Assembly (NCBI GenBank): GCA_964201005.1
Contig: CAXNCS010000002.1
Location: 14,773 to 78,772 of the forward strand
DNA: 64,000 nucleotides
Direction of reading: 5' to 3'
Source: Myxococcota bacterium
GTDB lineage: Bacteria; Myxococcota_A; UBA9042
A program made the position numbers and the translations under genes. Position 1 is the stretch's first letter. The number at the start of each line of letters is the position of its first letter. A model generated the notes under the pieces. The model saw only the letters and a list, made by a program, of their open reading frames with translations. It made no database searches and was not told the origin of the DNA. Positions 19,025-26,900 of this stretch are shown piece after piece.

Positions 19025-19963
19025 ATGACCAAGATCACCCTGCTCGGCCCGCAGCGGCACTCGATTACCGTGACCGAAGAGATCGAGAGGCTCAATCTGC
19101 ACGGGCGGATTGGCGCAATTACCGCTGGTTGGCAAGAGCGCGAGGCCGAGGACGACGAACTGCAAGAGGCCATCGGCCACCGCGCCGTCAACCTGCTGCT
19201 GCACCACCGCGCTGAGCGAATGTTCCATGAAGACGCGGAGTTGTTTCGCGCCCATCGCGCCCGCCAAGACATCCTGCGCCAAATGCAGGACTTGTATCGC
19301 GTGCGCCTCGATGCCTACCTGGGGGCTGCCCAAGCGCTGCACCACCGCGGCGGTCCAGAGGATTTGCTCGCCCCCGAGTGCGACGGTGCGGTCGAAACCC
19401 TGCGCGAACTCGATCGCCACCACCTGGAGCGCATCCACCAGGTTCACGCGCGGTTTGACGCGGAAATGAAGCCGTCGAGTCGCTGGTCCGTGTGCAAACA
19501 GCGCGACGAGATTGCCGAAACGCTGGGCGACTGCCCGATCGTGGCGATCGCCGGCGGCAATGTCGCCACGCTGCTGACGCGCATCCGCCTGCTTGGGGTC
19601 GATACGTTGCTGCACGGCAAGGCGATCGTCGCGTGGTCGGCCGGGGCGATGGTGCTGACCGACCGGGTGGTGCTGTTTCACGACCGGCCGCCAGAAGGGC
19701 CTGGCAACGCGGAGGTTCTGGATGCCGGCCTGGGGCTGCTGCCTCACGTCGTCGCCCTGCCCCACGCCACCAAGAGGCTGCGCATGGACGATACCCAGCG
19801 CATGGCCTTGTTTGCCCGGCGGTTTTCGCCGTCGATGTGCCTGGCCCTGGATCCGTTCAGCCGGGCGCGCTGGGATGGCCACAATTGGCAACTGCACGAA
19901 GGGACCTGGGTGCTGGGGCGCAATGGCCAGCTGGGCGCCGCAGAAATTCCCTTGGTTCCGTAG
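19025..19963 (+). CDS. peptidase S51 (PepE/cyanophycinase)-like, class I glutamine-amidotransferase-like fold
   Basis: ORF 18866..19963 trimmed to ATG 19025 (MTKITLLGPQ). IVAIAGGNVATLL and AWSAGAMVL match the GGN(T)F..L and G.SAGA nucleophile-elbow motifs of the S51 family. A helical insert of roughly 100 aa is atypical. Confidence 0.55.
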   Translation: MTKITLLGPQRHSITVTEEIERLNLHGRIGAITAGWQEREAEDDELQEAIGHRAVNLLLHHRAERMFHEDAELFRAHRARQDILRQMQDLYRVRLDAYLGAAQALHHRGGPEDLLAPECDGAVETLRELDRHHLERIHQVHARFDAEMKPSSRWSVCKQRDEIAETLGDCPIVAIAGGNVATLLTRIRLLGVDTLLHGKAIVAWSAGAMVLTDRVVLFHDRPPEGPGNAEVLDAGLGLLPHVVALPHATKRLRMDDTQRMALFARRFSPSMCLALDPFSRARWDGHNWQLHEGTWVLGRNGQLGAAEIPLVP

Positions 19964-20002
19964 ATATTTGAGTGAGTTCAGCGCTGTAGCGGGAGGCCAG
20001 AG

Positions 20003-22366
20003 ATGAAGGCGAATCGGCAACTGGGCGTCTTGACCGCAGCGCTGATCGCGGCCTGCGGCAGCCAGAGCGAAACCAAGGTAGCTGTCGCCGATGCCGCGGC
20101 GGTGCAAGACACGGCGGACACGGGCCAGGCCGACCAGAGCAGCGCCGACCTGGAGCCCGCCGCAGACGCGCTTGCCGCCAGCGATTTTGGCCCCCAGCCG
20201 GACCTGCCGCCCGCCCAGGGCTGCAATAGCGCCGTGGGGTGGATCCCCAAGCAACTCAAGGTGATTCAGCACGACGACGGCGTGGCCAAGACCTCGCTGC
20301 CGGCGCAGAACTGGACCGTGGCCGGCAAGGTCATGAACAAAGAGAAGCTGTGGGAGGCGGTGCGCTTTGACCTGGAAAAGCCAGTCAAAGTCTGGGGATT
20401 TTCGGTCTACTGGAGCGGTGCCTCTGGCGCGGTCAACCAGGGGCTCGCCGCCGGCCTGTATCCCGACTTCAGCAATAATGGCTTTGACTTCTGGCAATTT
20501 GATGCCTATTGGAGCGGCGAGCGCTGTAGCGCGGACCTGCTGACTGACCCGCTGCCCAGCGCCAACGGCCCAGGCTGGCTCGACTATGCCCTGCCCGAGC
20601 CCATGCTGATCGAGCAACCGCAGGTCATCTACGTGGCCCAGCAGCGCCCTGCCCTGGGCGGCCCGTCGTTTGGCCTGGACGCCGGCATGTCGGCCAACTG
20701 CACCGACGCGGCCAAGTGCTGCGAGAATTTTGGAAACTGCCACTCTGCGTGGAATCTCCCCGATCTCAAGCAGTTTCAGCTCAATGGCCAGGGCTATTTC
20801 AATTGGAACGGCTTGTCGTCGTCGCTGGCCCAGGACTATCTGGTGCGACTGTGGGTAGAGGAACTGCCGGAAATCCCGACCTCCGCTAAGGTTTTTGCCC
20901 CAGTGCCCGGTATCAAGCCCAGCAACCGCCAGGCCTTTGGCGACTTTGACGGCGACGGCGATGAGGATCTGGCCCTACCCGGCCCGCAGCTCTGGCGCAA
21001 TGACGCCGGGAAATTTGCCGATGTCACCGCCAGCGCCGGCCTCGAGGGGCCCTCTTCTGGCAGCGTGTGGGGCGATTTTGACAACGACGGCTGCGCGGAT
21101 CTGTTCAACTTTGTCGAGGACTTCACCGGCCCTGACCGCCTCTACAAGGGCGACTGCGCGGGGCACTTCAGCGATGTCACCGCAGCGGCCGGTCTGGACG
21201 CCAGCCAGAGCTACAACACCTGCAAAGACAAGGGCAAACACCCGCCCAGTGCCGGTGCAGCTTGGGCCGATTTGGACGGCGATGGCCTGCTGGACCTCTA
21301 CGTCTCGCGCTTTCAGTGCTGGGACGACTACAAACCTTATCAAGACACGGTGTTTCACAACCTAGGCAAGGGCAAGTTTGAGCTGTGGTGGGGCAAGCAA
21401 GGCTTTCCCGACGAGACGGGCCTAAAGACCCCCAGCCGCGGCGCCGTGCCCGTAGACGCCGACCAGGACGGCGATGTCGACGTTTTTGTCAATAACTACG
21501 TGCTGATCCGCAACCTGTACTTCCGCAACGACGCCGGCACCTTCAGCGAGTCCGCGCTCAAAGCGGGGTTGGCCGGCACCTTGACCACCTGGGGCGGGCA
21601 GAACTACTACGGCCACAGCATCGGCGCGGCCTTTGGCGACCTGGACGGGGACGGCGACCAGGACGCGGTCGTGGCCAACCTCGCCCACCCGCGCTTCTTC
21701 AATTTCTCCAATAAGTCACAGGTCTTGATCCAGGACTCCCCGGGCCACTGGCAAGATATCCAGGGCGATTTCAGCGTGCCGATGGGCAACGCCGGGCTGC
21801 GCTATCAAGAGACGCATTCCGTGCCGGCCCTGGGCGATTTTGATCTGGACGGCGACCTGGACCTGGCCATCACCGCGGTTTATGAGGGGCGACCTACCGA
21901 TTTCTATTGGGGCAACGGCGACGGTACCTTCGCCATCGACCGCGCCCGCGCCGGCATCAGCGCCACCAACGGCTGGGGCCTGGCGGTCGCCGACATCGAC
22001 AACGACGGCGCCCCCGACCTGGCCAGCCAAGGAGAATTGCTGCGCAATCAACTGCCCGCCGCCCAAAAGGGCCAGTGGATCGGCGTTCGGCTCGTGGGCG
22101 ACGCGGGCAGCAACCGCATGGCGCTGGGCGCCACCGTTGCGCTCAAGGCCGGCGGCAAGACCCTGATCCGCCACGTGTCTGGCGGCAATGGCCAGGGCTG
22201 CCAAGACGGAGCGGGGCTGCGCTTTGGCCTAGGCAGCGCCCAGAAGGTCGACAGCATCGAAGTGCGCTTCATCGGCGGGGCGATCAAGAGCTTTGCCGGC
22301 CCCTTTGCCGCCGGTCAGTCGCTGCGGCTGTACCAGTCCGGCAAGGTGGAGCTGGGGAAGTTCTAG
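20003..22366 (+). CDS. CRTAC1-family lipoprotein: FG-GAP/VCBS repeats plus ASPIC/UnbV C-terminal domain
   Basis: GGGAGG SD. MKANRQLGVLTAALIAACG carries a lipobox. Seven Ca-binding FG-GAP loops are present (FGDFDGDGDEDL, WGDFDNDGCADL, WADLDGDGLLDL, DADQDGDVDV, FGDLDGDGDQDA, LGDFDLDGDLDL, VADIDNDGAPDL). The tail WIGVRLVG..NR.ALGATV..GNGQGCQD is ASPIC/UnbV-like. Confidence 0.9.
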   Translation: MKANRQLGVLTAALIAACGSQSETKVAVADAAAVQDTADTGQADQSSADLEPAADALAASDFGPQPDLPPAQGCNSAVGWIPKQLKVIQHDDGVAKTSLPAQNWTVAGKVMNKEKLWEAVRFDLEKPVKVWGFSVYWSGASGAVNQGLAAGLYPDFSNNGFDFWQFDAYWSGERCSADLLTDPLPSANGPGWLDYALPEPMLIEQPQVIYVAQQRPALGGPSFGLDAGMSANCTDAAKCCENFGNCHSAWNLPDLKQFQLNGQGYFNWNGLSSSLAQDYLVRLWVEELPEIPTSAKVFAPVPGIKPSNRQAFGDFDGDGDEDLALPGPQLWRNDAGKFADVTASAGLEGPSSGSVWGDFDNDGCADLFNFVEDFTGPDRLYKGDCAGHFSDVTAAAGLDASQSYNTCKDKGKHPPSAGAAWADLDGDGLLDLYVSRFQCWDDYKPYQDTVFHNLGKGKFELWWGKQGFPDETGLKTPSRGAVPVDADQDGDVDVFVNNYVLIRNLYFRNDAGTFSESALKAGLAGTLTTWGGQNYYGHSIGAAFGDLDGDGDQDAVVANLAHPRFFNFSNKSQVLIQDSPGHWQDIQGDFSVPMGNAGLRYQETHSVPALGDFDLDGDLDLAITAVYEGRPTDFYWGNGDGTFAIDRARAGISATNGWGLAVADIDNDGAPDLASQGELLRNQLPAAQKGQWIGVRLVGDAGSNRMALGATVALKAGGKTLIRHVSGGNGQGCQDGAGLRFGLGSAQKVDSIEVRFIGGAIKSFAGPFAAGQSLRLYQSGKVELGKF

Positions 22367-22400
22367 GCCCTCAAGCCAAAGCCCTCCGCCCAAGGCGATA

Positions 22401-22420
22401 AGCGGAAATAGATTTCCGCT
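22401..22420. terminator. hairpin between convergent genes (AGCGGAAA-TAGA-TTTCCGCT)
   Basis: A perfect 8-bp stem with a 4-nt loop lies between the CRTAC1-like stop and the trxC stop. The stem is weak and AT-rich. Confidence 0.3.
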
Positions 22421-22520
22421 AGTCGCTTTGCTTGCTGGGTGGGCTGCGAGTTCGCGGCCTTAGGGGCCGACTCACCGCAGCGGCGGAGGTGATTCCGCGA
22501 TTACCACGGATCCTCCAAAT

Positions 22521-22943
22521 CTACAGCCCAAAGCGCGAAAGGATCTGCGCCGCGCCCATCGCCCCGCTGATGCGGTTGGCCTCGCGACCGCCGCGAAACA
22601 GCGCCAGCGTCGGAATCGAGCTGATGCCGTAGCGCGCCGCCAGCTCCGGCACGGCCTCGGTGTCGACTTTGACCACCAGCACCTGCCCAGCCTTCTGCGC
22701 GGCGATCTTCTCCAGCTCCGGCGCGACCATCCGGCACGGTCCACACCACGCTGCCCAGAAGTCCACCAGCACGGGAATCGGGCTCGCGGCAATGACTTCG
22801 TCAAACTCGCCGGCACTTGGCGCGCTCCAGGGCTTGGTCAGCGGCAGGAGCGGCGACTTGCAGGCGGCACAGCGAGCGCCATCGGCCAGACGGGCAGGCG
22901 GTACGCGGTTGGGCCGGCTGCAGCTAGGACACGTTGCGATCAT
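22521..22943 (-). CDS. trxC: thioredoxin 2 (TrxC-type, N-terminal zinc-finger extension)
   Basis: ORF trimmed to ATG 22943 with a GAGGAGG SD. The N-terminal CPSCSRPNRV..ARCAACKSPL is a two-CxxC zinc finger. It is followed by VLVDFWAAWCGPCRMVAP, the WCGPC active site. Confidence 0.9.
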   Translation of the reverse strand: MIATCPSCSRPNRVPPARLADGARCAACKSPLLPLTKPWSAPSAGEFDEVIAASPIPVLVDFWAAWCGPCRMVAPELEKIAAQKAGQVLVVKVDTEAVPELAARYGISSIPTLALFRGGREANRISGAMGAAQILSRFGL

Positions 22944-23107
22944 GAGACCTCCTCGGGCGGTTGCCATCCTTGGAGTCGCGGCGCGCAAAAAAGGTTCCGC
23001 GCGGCTGGACCCCCGCAGCGACGGCCAACTTAACTACCTGTTATGTTAGAGATCAACCGACAGTTGTGCCGTCGCAACTGTCCAGCACGCCCCTTGGCGA
23101 TGGCGGC

Positions 23108-23884
23108 TCAGGGCTTGGGCAGGTCGCAGGTGCCGGCCTTGTCAAAGCACAGGCCGCCCACGCAATAGGCGCCGGGGCACTCCGTCGACGCGGTGCAGGC
23201 CTTGCGCTCGCACTGGGCATTCTGGCAGGCAAACTGCGCGGGACAATCGCCGTCCTTGCCGCAGCTCTTGACCTTGCAGTGGTGATCCGCCGCGCACACC
23301 TGACCTTGGACGCACTGGTCGTCTTTGGTGCAGCCCTCGTAGCACAGCGGGATCTTGTCGCACAGGCAGTTGTCGGTGCGCAGCTCGCAGATGCCGTTGG
23401 GCATGGCGGAACACTCGGAGTCAGCGCTGCAGCCGGGACCTTCGGGCTTCATGCACATGCCGCAGCCGCCAAAAGCACCGGGCTTGAGGCAGTAGGCGCC
23501 CGGCATCTTGTCGCACGTGACCTCAGCGCTGCAGCCGCCGGCGGGGACGGGCGGGTTGCTGGTGTCTGCGACCGCGTCGATGCCCGTGTCGACCGCGACA
23601 TCTGCCGCCGAGGCATCTGCAGCGTCTCCACTGGTCTCTGCTGCGTCGGCCACCGCGATGTCTGCGCTGGCATCCGCGGCGGAATCTGCGGCCATATCGG
23701 CGCCCGTCAGCGTATCCACCGCCGAGTCTGCAGCCCCGCCGTCTGCGGCATCGGCGTCCGAGCTGCCCACAGACAGGTCCGCCTGCGTGTCCGGCGTGCC
23801 CGCCGAGGAGGTACCGGTCGACGACTCGCAACCTGCCGCGGCAATAAAGGCCAAAGCCAGGACAGAAAAGGCGATGCGCTTCAC
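23108..23884 (-). CDS. Cys-rich lipoprotein with acidic D/A/S/T tether
   Basis: Start is GTG 23884 with a GGAGG SD 5 nt upstream (VKRIAFSVLALAFIAAAGC, lipobox). The tether is rich in DA/DS/DT. The C-terminal ~130 aa contain about 26 Cys (CSADSECS, CTKDDQCVQGQVC, CGKDGDCPAQFAC, CTASTECPGAYC). Confidence 0.75.
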   Translation of the reverse strand: MKRIAFSVLALAFIAAAGCESSTGTSSAGTPDTQADLSVGSSDADAADGGAADSAVDTLTGADMAADSAADASADIAVADAAETSGDAADASAADVAVDTGIDAVADTSNPPVPAGGCSAEVTCDKMPGAYCLKPGAFGGCGMCMKPEGPGCSADSECSAMPNGICELRTDNCLCDKIPLCYEGCTKDDQCVQGQVCAADHHCKVKSCGKDGDCPAQFACQNAQCERKACTASTECPGAYCVGGLCFDKAGTCDLPKP

Positions 23885-23909
23885 AAGAACCTCCAGCGGA
23901 CGGGCCGTC

Positions 23910-26900
23910 TTACTTGCAGGTGCAGTCCAGATCGATCTGGTAGTCATCAACCGCGCCCTCATAGCCGTCCACTACGACATAGTAGGTCTTGCCAGAGGTG
24001 ACCGCAAAGGACTTGGTCGCGGTATCGTCGATCATGAGCGCGTGCGAAGTGCAGCTCGCCGGGCCGCACGCCTTGGCGCCGTCCAGGATGAACAGGTCCA
24101 AGTAGCCGGTGCCCGTGGCGGTGCTGCGCGTGACCGTGGCCGTGGCGGTGCCGGTGCAGGTGGCCTTGTACGTGTAGGTGTACTCCGGGCCGGCATAGCT
24201 GGTCGCGGTGCCGTCGGCGCAGGCCCAGGTGCTGATCAGCTTGGTGCTGCCCGGCCCGCCGTTGTTGTAGAAGTCGCTGCCGCCGCAGGCCAGCTCGTAG
24301 TCCGGCTTGCAGATGTTGGCAGAGACTTGGCACGCGGCGTTCTTGGCGCAGTCGCTGTCGGCACAGTCGATCTTGCCGTCCTTGTCGTCGTCGAGCTTGT
24401 CGGTGCAGTTGGTCTCCGTGGTCGGCGCGGCGCAGGCACAGGCAATCTTGAGGGTGTAGCCGGCCGAGTAGCCGTTGTAACCGTCGACAACCACGTTGTA
24501 CTTGGCGCCCTTCTTGGCGGTCCACTTGACCGTCGCCGTCGTGCCGCTCATCAAGCTGTGCACCAGGCAGCTGTTGCCCGCGCAGACCTTGGCGCCGTCC
24601 AGCACAAACAGGTCCAAGAAGCCCGAGGTGCTGGCGGTCTTGGTCAGCGTCGCGGTCACGGTGCCGTCGCAGGTAGCCACGTAGTCATAGGTGTATTCGC
24701 TGCCCGTTTCGCCGCTCATCTGGCCGTCGGCGCACTGGTAGGCGCTGATCGCCTTGGTGCTGCCGGTGCCGTTACTCGTGTACGTGTCGCTGTCGCCGCA
24801 GGTCATGGCGTAGTCCGGCTTGCACACCGCGCTGGTTTGGCAGGCGGCGTTGGCGGCGCAGTCGCTGTCGGCGCAGTCGGTCTTGCCGTCCTTGTCGTCG
24901 TCGAGCTTGTCGGTGCAGTTGCTCTCCTTGGCCGGCACGATGCACGCCGGGTCCTTGGCGCAGTCGGCGTCGGCGCAGTCGGTCTTGCCGTCTTTGTCGT
25001 CGTCGAGCTTGTCGCTGCACTTGGTCTCGGTCTTGGGCAAGCAGACCACGTTGGCCGCGCAGTCGCTGTCGGCGCAGTCGGTCTTGCCGTCCTTGTCGTT
25101 GTCCTGCTTGTCGGCGCAGAGGATTTCCACGCCGGGGCCCGCGCACGCCGGGAAGGTCGCGCAGTCGCTGTCGGCGCAGTCGGTCTTGCCGTCCTTGTCG
25201 TCGTCCAGCTTATCTTCGCACTTGCTCTCGACCGCGGGGGTGCAGGCGGCGTCCTTGGCACAGTCGGCGTCGGCGCAGTCGGTCTTGCCGTCCTGATCGT
25301 CGTCGACCTTGTTGCCGCACTTGTCTTCGACCTTGGGCACCACCGCGCACTTGCACACGGTCTTGACGCTGTAGCCGCCCTGGAAGCCCTGGTAGCCATC
25401 CACCACGATGTTGAGCTTCTGGCCCGCCTTGACCGCCACGGTCTTGGTGGCGACGTTGTTGGTCATCAGCGTGTGGCCGATGCAGGCCTTGCTGCCGCAC
25501 AGCTGGCCGCCGTCCAGAATGAACAGGTCCAAATAGCCTTGGGCGGTGGCGGTCTTGGTCAGGGTCACGGTCAACTCGCCGTTGCACTCGGCCACGTGGT
25601 TGTAGGTGTACTCGCTGCCCGTCTCATTGCCCACGGTGCCGTCGGCGCAGACGTAGGTCGATACGGCCTTGGTCGAACCGACGCCGTTGCTGGTCCAAGA
25701 ATCGCTGTCGTTGCAGGTCAGATCGTAGTCCGCTTTGCACGCGCAGGCGCCCAAGCCAGAGCAGTCGGGGTCGGCGCAGTCGATGAGGCCGTCCTTGTCG
25801 TTGTCCAGCTTGTCGCCGCAGAGCAGCTCGGTCGAGGTGGACGCGCAAGCCAAATCCTTTGCACAATCCGTGTCCTGGCAGTCGAGCTTGCCGTCCTTGT
25901 CGTTGTCGACCTTGTCATTGCACACGGTCTCGGTCGTCGCCACGATGCAGCTCGGGTTCTTGGCGCAGTCGCTGTCGGCGCAGTCGGTCTTGCCGTCTTT
26001 GTCGTCGTCCAGCTTGTCCGCGCACTGGGTCTCCGTCGCGGCAGGGGCGCAGGCAACCGCGGCGATGCAGTCCGCGTCGGCGCAATCGGTCTTGCCGTCC
26101 TTGTCATTGTCCAGCTTGTCGGCGCAGTTCTGTTCGGTCGGCGTGGCCTGGCACACCAGGCTCAGGGCGCAGTCGCTGTCCAGGCAGTCGAGCTTGCCGT
26201 CCTTGTCGTTGTCGATCTTGTCGGCGCAACTGGTCTCCACCGAGGGCGCGCAGGCGAGTTCCGCAGCGCAGTCAGCGTCCGCACAGTCGATCGCGCCGTC
26301 GCCGTCGTTGTCGGCCTTGTCGGCACAGGCGGTCTCTTTGCCACCGGCGCAACCGCAGGCGATCTTGAGCGAATAGTCGCCGCTAAAGCCCTGATAGCCG
26401 TCCACGACGATGAAGAACTTCTGGCCCTTCTTGGCCTGGAAGGTCTTGGTCGCCTGCGATCCGCTCATCAGCGCGTGGGCCGTGCAGGCCGAGCTGAGGC
26501 AGCCCTTGGCCGCGTCGAGCACAAACAAGTCCAGGAAACCCTGCTGGGTGCTGGTCTTGACCAGGGTCGCGGTGACCGGGCCGTCGCACTGGGCCGTGTA
26601 GCTGTAGGTGTACTCCGCGCCGGTCTCGCCGTTGGCCTTGCCGTCCGTGCAGTCGTAACCGCTGATGGCCTTGGTCGAGCCCGAGCCGGCGTTGTTGTAC
26701 TTCTCCGTGTTGCCGCAGGTGATGGCAAAATCGTCCTGGCAAGCGCTGGCTTGGCACGCAAGGTCCACTTTGCAGTCGGCGTCGGCGCAGTCGGTCATGC
26801 CGTCCTTGTCGTCGTCCAGCTTGTCGGCGCAATTGGTCTCTTTGCCAGCGCACGCGGCGTCTTTGGCGCAGTCCGTGTCGGCGCAGTCCAGCTTGCCGTC

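Noticed and set aside
16035-19028. 424-aa and 474-aa + strand ORFs over the two ATP-grasp genes
   Set aside because: They are antisense shadows. The minus frames contain the full ATP-grasp motif sets and have SD-preceded starts.
18542-20743. 733-aa minus-strand ORF spanning the ATP-grasp / S51-like / CRTAC1-like junctions
   Set aside because: It crosses two intergenic regions and three well-supported genes on alternating strands. Its composition is Arg/Gly-rich and it has no motifs.
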